NCBI GenBank assembly: GCA_005881575.1
Contig: VBCA01000015.1
Coordinates: 16,322-80,321 of the forward strand
Source: Betaproteobacteria bacterium
GTDB taxonomy: Bacteria > Pseudomonadota > Gammaproteobacteria > Burkholderiales > SG8-39
Direction: 5' to 3'
Length of the DNA: 64,000 bases
A program made the position numbers and the translations under genes. Numbering within the stretch: the first letter of the stretch is position 1; the number at the start of each line of letters is the position of its first letter. Of this stretch, positions 11,501-19,678 are shown in pieces. Under the pieces are notes generated by a model. That model saw only the letters and a list, made by a program, of their open reading frames with translations, was not told the DNA's origin and ran no database searches.

Positions 11501-11886
11501 GAACCGATCACGACGCCGCTCGGGTTGATCAGGAACACCCGGCCGTTCGAGGAAAGTATCCCGTCGATCACGCTTTGCGGGATCACTCCGTTCGCGCCTA
11601 CCACGCGGTTGAGCACCGCCGAGGAACCCGAGGACTGCAGGAACTGCGTGATCTCGTTGACGCCGATCGAGAAGCCCTGCCAGTTGATGATGGCGCCGGC
11701 GCTGTTGGTGATCGTCAGCGTGTTGCCCGAGCTCGCGAAGGTCGCGCTGCCCGAGCTGACCGTGCCGCCCGTGGGATTGGCGAGACTCGGTCCATTGGAA
11801 AGACCGAAGCAGGCGGCCACCGAGAGCGCGATCAGCTTGGGCTTGAAATCGACTCGTCGCCTGCGCTTGGCGCTGGAACTGGACAT
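8590..11886 (-). CDS. TpsA / filamentous-haemagglutinin N-terminal domain exoprotein
   Basis: Signal peptide, TPS domain ([25 protein letters not shown]), [13 protein letters not shown], Gly/Ser/Thr-rich beta-helix repeats. Confidence 0.93.
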   Translation of the reverse strand: MSSSSAKRRRRVDFKPKLIALSVAACFGLSNGPSLANPTGGTVSSGSATFASSGNTLTITNSAGAIINWQGFSIGVNEITQFLQSSGSSAVLNRVVGANGVIPQSVIDGILSSNGRVFLINPSGVVIGSTGRIDVAGFVASSLNLSDQDFLNGRLRFTETPGAGAVSNAGVIDTSSGGPGGRVFLVGADVQNSGVIRSPQGEIVLAAGKSVELVSENSPFVTVHIVADAEQALNLGRLISDSGRIGMFGALVRQGGVVEANSAVVGANGEIRLIATRDLTLDAGSLTAANGPSGGTITLQAQGGTNLISGTVEATGSSGQGGTIHALGVRVGVIGHGVIDASGDSGGGTVLVGGDAHGANPDIQNAQQTVIGSDGIIRADAGTTGDGGRVIVWSDESTKFFGSISARGGSQGGNGGFVETSGKALQAFGSVDTSAPNGNGGEWLLDPTDINIAAIGLDLLTCPAGICFDDPAVLGLSQITIGTIDAGLRTNGSVTLQAHHDINLQTDLNLTYGGGAFTAQAGNNINLGGNITANGTNISLRANDPASNSASGVGSITSSSGFGNITTNGGSANLLGYGVAVGNINTSGGTLGVGGGVKLATDGGNVTVNGLIDTHGADGSPNGPVAGSRGGDVTIESLATATSGTVAISGGILTSGGNGATVTVGQGGSGGSAGNVLISSKGQSVTVGGNILANGGAGGNGAAGSAGGNGGAAGTISISGDARSMGPISAIGGNGGTGSAIGLGGTGGEFLISTPGNIALGGAINAYGGLDGAGITRTCCGLIDIVAGGAVTQAQTAALTTDSLVAAGTDVKLDLTNTVKSLQGSASNGNFTFNNSGNLELEGVSASRLASISATGNITGSRSAAGLPLAGISTSGSPLGNGVQGGTGVTLNAGGAIGSTTAPLAVAAPALAASAAYGIAIDLNAFGPTPAVVNTLTTTTGDILFNAHGGTTITSLVSSPGNVTINSFGPLDVQQGITAGSGIFLSTAGPSLGSTLPNDMTLNGPFTYSTATGAFEVTIGAFGTLHLVASGLGLTAPLFPNQLNITKFTFVSGDPLANTIVAAAYNTTAASGSLGARVVEEAPTKDKRDDKKAAAICK

Positions 11887-11902
11887 GGCTACCCCCCGAT
11901 AG

Positions 11903-11938
11903 ACTTCATTTCCGCAGCAAACTTCATTCCCGCAGCAA
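11903..11938. repeat. 2 x 18-bp tandem repeat in tpsA leader
   Basis: ACTTCATTTCCGCAGCAA / ACTTCATTCCCGCAGCAA (1 mismatch). Confidence 0.85.
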
Positions 11939-11949
11939 ACGGGAAACTC

Positions 11950-11993
11950 ATTCTAGACCCCGGTCGCAGGCGTGGCATGTGACTTTTCGCACA
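11950..11993 (-). promoter_or_regulatory. sigma-70 promoter of tpsA with adjacent CRP-family site
   Basis: -10 TAGAAT (11950-11955), 17-bp spacer, -35 ATGCCA (11973-11978); TGTGA-CTTTTC-GCACA at 11978-11993 (9/10 to TGTGA-N6-TCACA). Confidence 0.6.
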
Positions 11994-12004
11994 AGCGGTC
12001 CGCC

Positions 12005-13708
12005 TCAAAAGCTGTAAGCGACAGCGGCATGGGCCCGGTATTCTCCCTTCAGACGGGTGCCCGCATCCTGGGTGACCCGCGCGACATCGAGCCGGAACGC
12101 GAAGGACTTGCCCTGGTTCGCGCGTACGCCCAGGCCGAAGCTCCCGAGCTTGTTTTCCGGGCCGCGCTCCGGAATATTGTCGTGGCCGCGCGCCGCGTCG
12201 TAGAACACGAGCGCCCGCGCGCGCCAGGTGCTGCCGATCCACGATCCGAAATCCGGGCCGTAGCCCTCGAGCGAGAACCGCCGGCCGACGTCGCTCGCCG
12301 TCTCGCGCTCGTAGTAACCGCGCACGCTGTCGGCGCCGCCCATCCCGAATTGCTCGCCCGGGACGAGCAGGTCGCGGGTCTGCTGGGCGTTCGCGGCCGC
12401 GCGCAGGATGAAATCCGAAGGCAGCACCTGCGAGAAGACGACACCTGCGCGCCAGATTGAATATTTGGCCGAAGCGCCGGCGCGCGCAGGGCGCCTGACT
12501 GGGTTTCCGTTGCTATCCACGACTAGGTTTCCGCTGCTATCCAGGATTCCAGTGAAGGCTTCCTGATCGCCGTTAGGTCCACCGGGAATGTTGCGCGAGT
12601 AGGAGACGTTGAAGGACAAATCCCGCCCGACCTGCGACGCGCGGCCGATGTAGGTGAGCGAGACCGGCCGGACCGTGATGTCCGGAACCTCTGACTGGCC
12701 AGAATCCGCGAAAATGACGCTGTTCTTGTACGCGCGGTAATCCCATCCGAGCGCGACCCGATGTTCGTGGCTATCGATCCGCCCCAGCAGTTGCGTGTAG
12801 CGCAGCCCGAAGACCGTCCCTTTGCCCGACACGGTGAAATCATTCAGCACCGTGCCCGAATTGACGCTCGAATACCCGGCGAGGACATCGACGACGCCGC
12901 TCAATTTGTATACGGGCACGCGGTATGCGGCGCCGAAGACCTTCACGTCGGACGCGTGGCCCGGGGAGCTGAGGTACTGCGCATTGATCACGTCGTCGCC
13001 GTTGAAGAGGTTCGCGTTCTGGTAGCCGAGGCCGGTGCGCAAGTTACCGGTCGCCGGAGTGCCGGTGTTGTCCGCGGACATCGAGACCCTGGAGGGTTTT
13101 TCGTCCGTGACGCGAACGGTCGCGTCGACCTGGCCGGGGTCGTCAGCGGCCTGCAGCGCCACGCTCACTTGCTTGGCCGGGTTCTCGTTCACGAGCTGGG
13201 CGTGCTGGCCGATCGCGCGCGTGTTCGGGGAGGTGCCTTCTTTCAGCGAAGGCAGGCCCGCCCTGACGTTCTTTTCGTCGAAAAAGCGATTGCCCTGTAT
13301 CTGCACGCGCCGGATCCGCGCCTCGACCACGCGCAAACGCACCTGGCCGGAGCGAATGTCCTGCTCGGGAACGCTCACGCGCACCGCGTTGTAGCCGCGG
13401 CGGGTGTAGACATCCTGCAGCGCTTCGAGCGCGCGCTGAATGTGTCCGAAGTCGCGGTCCTTTCCGGAGAAGGGCGCGAGAATCCTGTCGAGTTCCCCTT
13501 GCGAAAGGATCGTATTTCCGTCGACGAGAAAACGCTGGATCGTGAACCGCGGCGGGGCCGGCGGCTTGGAGGGCGCCGCGACCGGAGCCTGTGACTGCGG
13601 TCTGGGAGGCTGCGGCTTCGTCGGCGCCTGAGCAATTGCGCTGCTCGCGCACAGCGCGAACAGCGATACGAGCAAACGCAGCGCGCCCACCGTTGGTGTT
13701 GGAGCCAC
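12005..13708 (-). CDS. TpsB (ShlB/FhaC/HecB) outer-membrane transporter
   Basis: Signal peptide, POTRA (GNTIL...YTRRGY), DNTG, GGADSVRGY (VRGY motif), C-terminal Phe. Confidence 0.93.
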   Translation of the reverse strand: MAPTPTVGALRLLVSLFALCASSAIAQAPTKPQPPRPQSQAPVAAPSKPPAPPRFTIQRFLVDGNTILSQGELDRILAPFSGKDRDFGHIQRALEALQDVYTRRGYNAVRVSVPEQDIRSGQVRLRVVEARIRRVQIQGNRFFDEKNVRAGLPSLKEGTSPNTRAIGQHAQLVNENPAKQVSVALQAADDPGQVDATVRVTDEKPSRVSMSADNTGTPATGNLRTGLGYQNANLFNGDDVINAQYLSSPGHASDVKVFGAAYRVPVYKLSGVVDVLAGYSSVNSGTVLNDFTVSGKGTVFGLRYTQLLGRIDSHEHRVALGWDYRAYKNSVIFADSGQSEVPDITVRPVSLTYIGRASQVGRDLSFNVSYSRNIPGGPNGDQEAFTGILDSSGNLVVDSNGNPVRRPARAGASAKYSIWRAGVVFSQVLPSDFILRAAANAQQTRDLLVPGEQFGMGGADSVRGYYERETASDVGRRFSLEGYGPDFGSWIGSTWRARALVFYDAARGHDNIPERGPENKLGSFGLGVRANQGKSFAFRLDVARVTQDAGTRLKGEYRAHAAVAYSF

Positions 13709-13720
13709 CTCGACCCTCCC

Positions 13721-15661
13721 TCAGGAATTTCCGGCCTTGGTCTTCATATAGTTCAGCGGTCCGCCGCGGAAGGGCGCGAAACCGGTAGCGAAGATGAGTC
13801 CCGCGTCGACGAGGTCGGCGTCGGCGACGATGCCTTCGGCGACGACGGCCCGAGCTTCCTCGAGGTAGGGCGCGATGAGCTTATCGGTGAGTTCGGGCGT
13901 GGCGCCGCGCGCGGCGCCTTTGCGCGCCTTGCCGTTCTGCCAGACGTAGTAGCCGCGGCCGGTTTTCTTGCCGAGATTTCCCGCGGCGACGAGTTCCGCG
14001 AGTTTTCTCGGGGGTTCTGCGCTTTCGCCCGCCAATTCCTTGCCCACCGCGAGGCAGATGTCGAGGCCCACCGTATCGGCGAGCTCGATCGGCCCCATCG
14101 GCATGCCGAACGCCGTGACCGCCGCGTCGAGCGTCTCCCGCGCGACGCCTTCGTCCACCATGCGCAGCGCCTGGTCGATGTAGGGACCGAGCACGCGATT
14201 GACGAGAAAACCCGGCGAGTCCTTGACCGGCAGGGGCAGTTTATCGATCTGCCGCACGAAGGCCGCCGCCCGCTTCGCGACTCCCGAGTCGGTGGCCGCG
14301 CCCTTGACCACTTCGACCAGCTGCAACTGCGGCACCGGGTTGAAGAAATGGATTCCCACGAGGCGCGACGGATCCTCGAATTTCGCGCCGATATCGGCGA
14401 GCTTGAGGCTCGATGTGTTCGAGGCGAGGAGCGCCTCCGGCTTCGCCGCCGCTTCGAGCTTCGCGAACAGCTCGCGCTTCGCCTGCAGGTTCTCGAAAAT
14501 CGCCTCGATGACGACGTCCGCATGCCGCGCTCCGTCCCCGGCGACGTCGGGAATCAACCGGTCGAGCGCATCCCGGATCCGGGATTTGTCGCGAAGCCGG
14601 CGTTTGAAAAGCTCGGTCGCGCGCTTCATCGCCGGCGCGAGGCGCTCGGCCGACTGGTCCTGAAGAGTCACCGTCAGGCCGCGCATCGCGCACCAGGCGG
14701 CGATGTCTCCGCCCATGACGCCCGCGCCGACCACGTGAACGTGTTGCGCCTTGAAGTCGCTGTCCTTTCCGAGCGATTTCAGGCGCTCCTGGAGGAAGAA
14801 GATGCGGATGAGGTTGCGCGCGGTATCGCCCTCGAGAAGCCCGATGACCGACGCCGGGTCCTCGGGTCGCGGCGCGAACGGATCGCCGTCGTATCTCCGC
14901 CACAGCTCGAGGATCGCGTAAGGCGCGGGATAATGATCCGGCGAGGCCCGGGAAGCGAGCTCCCTTCTCGCGAGGTGAACGACGAGCGGACGCATCAGGC
15001 CGGAATTCATCAGCCGCTGGAAGAGTGGCAGTGTTCTCGGGCGGGGCGCCTCGAGCACGATCACGCGCGCGGCGTTGTCCTGGATACGCGGCGGCACCGC
15101 CTCGTCGACGAGACCCAGACGCTTCGCGCGGCGCGCGTCCACGGCCCGCCCCGTGAGCAGCATGTCGAGCGCCGCAGTCGGGCCGACGAGGCGCGGCAGG
15201 CGCTTGACGCCGCCCCAGCCCGGAAGGATGCCGAGCATCACTTCGGGAAGCGCAAAGCGCGTTCCGGGCTGATCCACCGCGACGCGATAGCGGCAGGCGA
15301 GCGCGAGCTCGACGCCCCCGCCCATGCAGAAGCCGTTGACGAGCGCAAGCGTCGGGAACGGCAAGGCCGCGAGTTTGTTGTAGAGATCCCAGCCGCGCTT
15401 GACCAGGCGCATCGCTTCGTCCGCGTCCTTGATCCGGGTGAACTCCTCGACGTCGGCGCCCGCGATGAACCCGGAGTCCTTGGCGGAGCGGATGATGAGC
15501 CCACGCGGATTCTTCGCGCGCAGCTCGTCGAAAATCCGGTCGAGCTCTGCCATCGCGTCGGCGGACAGGACGTTCGCGGATGCGTCCTTCTTGTCGAACG
15601 ACAGCCAGACGATGTTGTCGCGGTCGGTCTCGAGCTTCCAGTGCTGGTAGCTGTCCACCAT
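13721..15661 (-). CDS. fadJ: enoyl-CoA hydratase / 3-hydroxyacyl-CoA dehydrogenase
   Basis: FIAGAD, GGGVELALAC, GAGVMGGDIA, HFFNP, GFAPFRGGP; start 15661 or 15670. Confidence 0.92.
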   Translation of the reverse strand: MVDSYQHWKLETDRDNIVWLSFDKKDASANVLSADAMAELDRIFDELRAKNPRGLIIRSAKDSGFIAGADVEEFTRIKDADEAMRLVKRGWDLYNKLAALPFPTLALVNGFCMGGGVELALACRYRVAVDQPGTRFALPEVMLGILPGWGGVKRLPRLVGPTAALDMLLTGRAVDARRAKRLGLVDEAVPPRIQDNAARVIVLEAPRPRTLPLFQRLMNSGLMRPLVVHLARRELASRASPDHYPAPYAILELWRRYDGDPFAPRPEDPASVIGLLEGDTARNLIRIFFLQERLKSLGKDSDFKAQHVHVVGAGVMGGDIAAWCAMRGLTVTLQDQSAERLAPAMKRATELFKRRLRDKSRIRDALDRLIPDVAGDGARHADVVIEAIFENLQAKRELFAKLEAAAKPEALLASNTSSLKLADIGAKFEDPSRLVGIHFFNPVPQLQLVEVVKGAATDSGVAKRAAAFVRQIDKLPLPVKDSPGFLVNRVLGPYIDQALRMVDEGVARETLDAAVTAFGMPMGPIELADTVGLDICLAVGKELAGESAEPPRKLAELVAAGNLGKKTGRGYYVWQNGKARKGAARGATPELTDKLIAPYLEEARAVVAEGIVADADLVDAGLIFATGFAPFRGGPLNYMKTKAGNS

Positions 15662-15666
15662 GACGG

Positions 15667-16986
15667 TCACAGCGCCTCGACCAGCATCGCCCCGCCGAGG
15701 CCCCCGCCGATGCAGATCGAGGCCATGCCGCGCCGCGGCCTTTGGCGGGCGGTGCCGGCGCGCTTGAGCACATGCAGCAGATGCAGCACGATGCGCGCGC
15801 CCGAGGCGCCTACCGGGTGGCCGAGCGCGATGGCGCCGCCGTCGACGTTGAGTTTTCCGCCATCGAGCTCGCCCAGCGCACGGTCCAGGCCCAGCTCCTC
15901 GCGGCAGTACTTGTCCTCCTTCCACGCCGTGAGGCAGCCGAGCACCTGGGCCGCGAACGCTTCGTTGATCTCCCAGGCATCGAGGTCGTTGAGCTCGAGG
16001 CCGTGGCGCTCGAGTATCGGTGTCGCGGCGTGCACCGGTCCGAGACCCATCTGCGCCGGATCCAGGCCCGCCCACTGCGAATCGACGATCCGGCCGAGCG
16101 GCTTCAGATCGTGGCGCTTCACGGCCTCCTCGGTCGCGAGCACCAGCCACGCCGCGCCATCGGTGATCTGCGAGGAATTTCCCGCGGTGACGTTGCCGTA
16201 CTTCCGGTCGAAAAAGGGTTTGAGCTTCGCAAGATTCTCGGCCGTCGAATCCTTTCGAACGCCGTCATCGTCCCGGTAGAGGTTTCCCTCGTCGTAGATC
16301 GGCGTGATTTCCGCCGGCAGACCGTCATGCGGGTTGCTGAATGCGCCGCTCTCCTGCGCGCGAATGACGCGGGCGTGGCTCTCCGCGGCGTATTCGTCCA
16401 TTTGGCGGCGACCGATCCCGAAACGATAAGCGACATTCTCGGCCGTTTGACCCATGAGAAGGCCCACGTAGGGGTCGGTCAGGCCTTTCATGATGCCGAT
16501 GATGGGCGAGAGCAGTTGAGCGGGTTTCAATTTCAGGAACATGCCGGCGCGCTGGAGGGAGGTCTTCGCGGCCATGTAGTTCGAGAACCAAATGACCATG
16601 GCTTCCGAGTAGAGGAGCGGCACGCGCGAGAGCGCGTCCACGCCGCCCGCGAGGACCAGGTTCGAGCGCCCCGAGAGCATGTTGGCTACGCCTGAATCGA
16701 GCGCCTGCATGCCGGAGGCGCAGTTGCGCATCACGGTCCAGCCCGGGACCTTCTGCCCGCAGCCCATGCGCAGCGCAGCGACCCGCCCGATATTGACTTC
16801 GTCCACCGAGGGCGCCGCGCAGCCGAGGATCACCTCGTCGAGCTCCGTCGGTGCGAAGGGCTGTCGCACGAGCAGGGCTTTGCCCGCGGCGGTCGCGAGG
16901 TCGCTCGCGGAGAAGGGGCCCGGCCGGTTGCGCGATTTCAGAAACGGCGTGCGCGCGCCGTCGATGATGTAGATGTCCTTGGGCAT
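15667..16986 (-). CDS. fadI: acetyl-CoA C-acyltransferase (thiolase)
   Basis: RTPF, NCASG, NEAFA, GHPVGASG, CIGGG. Confidence 0.92.
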   Translation of the reverse strand: MPKDIYIIDGARTPFLKSRNRPGPFSASDLATAAGKALLVRQPFAPTELDEVILGCAAPSVDEVNIGRVAALRMGCGQKVPGWTVMRNCASGMQALDSGVANMLSGRSNLVLAGGVDALSRVPLLYSEAMVIWFSNYMAAKTSLQRAGMFLKLKPAQLLSPIIGIMKGLTDPYVGLLMGQTAENVAYRFGIGRRQMDEYAAESHARVIRAQESGAFSNPHDGLPAEITPIYDEGNLYRDDDGVRKDSTAENLAKLKPFFDRKYGNVTAGNSSQITDGAAWLVLATEEAVKRHDLKPLGRIVDSQWAGLDPAQMGLGPVHAATPILERHGLELNDLDAWEINEAFAAQVLGCLTAWKEDKYCREELGLDRALGELDGGKLNVDGGAIALGHPVGASGARIVLHLLHVLKRAGTARQRPRRGMASICIGGGLGGAMLVEAL

Positions 16987-17005
16987 CGTGCCTCCGATGA
17001 CGGGA

Positions 17006-17097
17006 AAACCGGGGACAGACCCCTATTTTTGATTCCTATTTTTGATCACGCATCGTATGAAAGCAACTCGGGGAAAATAGGGGTCTGTCCCCGGTTT
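17006..17097. repeat. REP/MITE-like element with perfect 24-bp inverted repeats
   Basis: AAACCGGGGACAGACCCCTATTTT (17006-17029) and its exact reverse complement (17074-17097). Confidence 0.85.
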
Positions 17098-19559
17098 CAA
17101 GCGGCGGCGCGCTGAGGTTGCGCGGGCCGGAGCGCTTCGGACAGTCCGAGATCCTGCGGGAAATGGTCCACGCGGATCACCTCGTCGCGCAGCTCCGCTG
17201 CGCGCTTGAGCAGGGCTTGCTCCTCGGCGCCGATGACATGCGCGGCGAGCGCAGCCTGCGCGAGCTCCTCGGCGGTTCTGCCGCGTATCGCCCCGGATTT
17301 CTGGGCCGCGCGGATCCTGGCCTCGACCGCTTCGGCCTTGATCGCCGCGTCGAGCGCGGCTTCTAGGCACCCGAGCGGTTCGCTCTCAGGCGTAGGGAGG
17401 TACATGCCGGCGCAAAGCCGGTCGCGAGCCGCCGACGGCGCGATGAGCAAGCGCGCGACTTCGTGCCCGAGCGCGTCGCTCGGTGGCGCGAAGTGCCGGC
17501 CGAGCGGGAAAGTCGCGAGGCGCAGGAACGAGCCGACCGCCCGCACCGGATAGTTCGCGAGCACCGCGTGCAGGGCTTCGGCCGCGCGGAACAGGGTATC
17601 CTGGAGCGACCAGTCGAGGAAGGGAAGATCGGCCTCCTGCCGGCCCTCGTCCTCGAAGCGCTTGAGCGTGGCCGAGGCAAGGTAGAGCATGGACAGTACG
17701 TCGCCCAGGCGCGCGGAGATCCTTTCCCGGCGCTTCAGCGACCCTCCGAGTACGAGCATCGAGATGTCGGCCGCATAGGCGAACGCGGCGGAAATCCGCG
17801 TGAGTTGCCGGTAGTAGCGGCGCGTCCGGGGCGCAGCCTTGGGCGAAACGGAAACGAAGCGCGATCCGGTGATCGCCATGAGAAAGGCGCGCGTTTCGTT
17901 CGAAATGACGTGCCGGATGTGACCGAACAACGCGGCGTCGAAGCTCTTAAGATCACCCGCGCGCGCGGCGTTCATTTCCTTCAGCACGTAGGGATGGCAG
18001 CGGATTGCCCCCTGACCGAAGACGATGAGGTTGCGTGTCAGGATGTTGGCGCCCTCGACCGTGATTGCGATGGGCAGCTGCTGGTAGATTCGTCCCAGGA
18101 AGTTGTTGGGGCCGAGGCAGATTCCCTTGCCGCCGAGGATGTCCATCGCGTCGTTGACTACGGCTCGTCCGCGCTCGGTGAGGTGGTACTTGACGATCGC
18201 CGAGATCACCGAGGGTTTTTCGCCGAGGTCGACCGCGCCCGCGGTCATCGTGCGCGCGGCGTCCATCACGTAAAGGTTGCCGCCGATGCGCGCGAGCGCT
18301 TCCTCGATCCCCTCGAATTTTCCGATCGGCGTCTTGAACTGGCTGCGCACGCGCGCGTAGGCGCCGGTCGCGCGCGCGGCGAGCTTGGCGTAGCCCGTCC
18401 CCGAGGAAGGCAGCGAGATCGAACGTCCCGCGGCGAGGCACTCCATCAGCATCCTCCAGCCCTGGCCCGCCATTTTCGGCCCGCCGATGATCCAGTCGAG
18501 GGGCATGAACACGTCCTTGCCCCAGTTCGGCCCGTTCTGGAACACCGAGTTGAGAGGGTTGTGCCGCCGGCCGATGTTGACGCCCGGCGTGTCGGTGCGC
18601 ACCAGCGCGCAGGTGATGCCGATGTCTTCCTTCTCTCCGAGGAGATGGTCGGGATCGTGGAGGCGGAAAGCGAGCCCGAGCAGCGTGGAGATGGGACCCA
18701 GCGTGATATAGCGCTTCTCCCAGCTGACGCGCATGCCCAGCACTTCGCGGCCTTCCCAGATTCCCTTGCACACGATGCCCAAATCGGGAATCGACGCGGC
18801 GTCCGAGCCCGCGTGCGGATTGGTGAGGCCGAAGCAGGGAATTTCGAGTCCTTTCGCGAGGCGCGGCAGGGTGTGGTTCTTCTGCTCCTCGGTGCCGTAG
18901 TGAAGCAACAGCTCGGCAGGCCCGAGGGAATTCGGAACCATGACGTGCACCGTTGCCGCGCTGCACCGCGTCGCGAGCTTCTGGATCACCTGCGAATGCA
19001 TGGTCGCGGAGAACTCCTTGCCGCCGTATTTCTTCGGGATGATCATCCCGAGGAAGCCCTTGTCCTTGATGAACTGCCACGCGTGCGGCGGCAGATCCTG
19101 ATAGATCTGCGTCGTCTCCCAGTCGTTTACCATCGCGCACAACTGCTCGGTCTCGTTGTCGAGGAAAGACTGCTCCTCGGCGGTGAGCTTCGGCCGCGGC
19201 AGCGCGAGCAGCTTTCCCCAGTCGGGGCGGCCGGAGAAAAGATCGCCATCCCACCACACGGTGCCGGCGTCGATCGCCTCCTGCTCGGTCTGGGACATTG
19301 CGGGAAGCTGGCCGCGATACCACGCGAGAAGGGGGCGCGAAACGAGCAAACGGCGCAAGGGCGTCGCGCCCAGCAGGACACTGCAAAAGACGAACAGTCC
19401 GGCGAGCACGGAGAAAGCATCCATTGCGAACGCTCCTCCGGCCAGGCCGGCGGGAAGCGCCACCGCGCCCGCGGCGATCCAGATCCATCCCGGCGATTTC
19501 AGATAGGCGAGCGCGAATGAAACGGCAACGACGGCGACGATCCAGGCAGCGACCGGCAT
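17097..19559 (-). CDS. fadE: acyl-CoA dehydrogenase FadE
   Basis: N-terminal TM helices, AGTVWWDG, PNSLGPAELL, ITVEGANILTR, C-terminal VIRVDHF; GGAGG RBS before 19559. Confidence 0.95.
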   Translation of the reverse strand: MPVAAWIVAVVAVSFALAYLKSPGWIWIAAGAVALPAGLAGGAFAMDAFSVLAGLFVFCSVLLGATPLRRLLVSRPLLAWYRGQLPAMSQTEQEAIDAGTVWWDGDLFSGRPDWGKLLALPRPKLTAEEQSFLDNETEQLCAMVNDWETTQIYQDLPPHAWQFIKDKGFLGMIIPKKYGGKEFSATMHSQVIQKLATRCSAATVHVMVPNSLGPAELLLHYGTEEQKNHTLPRLAKGLEIPCFGLTNPHAGSDAASIPDLGIVCKGIWEGREVLGMRVSWEKRYITLGPISTLLGLAFRLHDPDHLLGEKEDIGITCALVRTDTPGVNIGRRHNPLNSVFQNGPNWGKDVFMPLDWIIGGPKMAGQGWRMLMECLAAGRSISLPSSGTGYAKLAARATGAYARVRSQFKTPIGKFEGIEEALARIGGNLYVMDAARTMTAGAVDLGEKPSVISAIVKYHLTERGRAVVNDAMDILGGKGICLGPNNFLGRIYQQLPIAITVEGANILTRNLIVFGQGAIRCHPYVLKEMNAARAGDLKSFDAALFGHIRHVISNETRAFLMAITGSRFVSVSPKAAPRTRRYYRQLTRISAAFAYAADISMLVLGGSLKRRERISARLGDVLSMLYLASATLKRFEDEGRQEADLPFLDWSLQDTLFRAAEALHAVLANYPVRAVGSFLRLATFPLGRHFAPPSDALGHEVARLLIAPSAARDRLCAGMYLPTPESEPLGCLEAALDAAIKAEAVEARIRAAQKSGAIRGRTAEELAQAALAAHVIGAEEQALLKRAAELRDEVIRVDHFPQDLGLSEALRPAQPQRAAA

Positions 19560-19678
19560 GGGTCCTCCGGAATGTTCTCTGGGGCTTTCAACGCAATACG
19601 GCATGATACGCTGCTCCGGCACCGCACGGCGGCACTTGATCCGCGGGTGTCCGCCTCCATGTAACATGGCACTCTTCC

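Noticed and set aside
8590-11886. TpsA as a CDI toxin or haemolysin
   Set aside because: Too short, no VENN/pre-toxin or toxin tip, and the downstream gene is an exported FecR-domain protein rather than an immunity protein
13721-16150. N-terminally extended track ORFs suggesting fusions (fadJ, lutB from 26111, panE from 44056, FecR to 9553, panC to 48560, dnk to 49811)
   Set aside because: Extensions overlap neighbouring genes or intergenic DNA; family motifs begin at the internal starts reported
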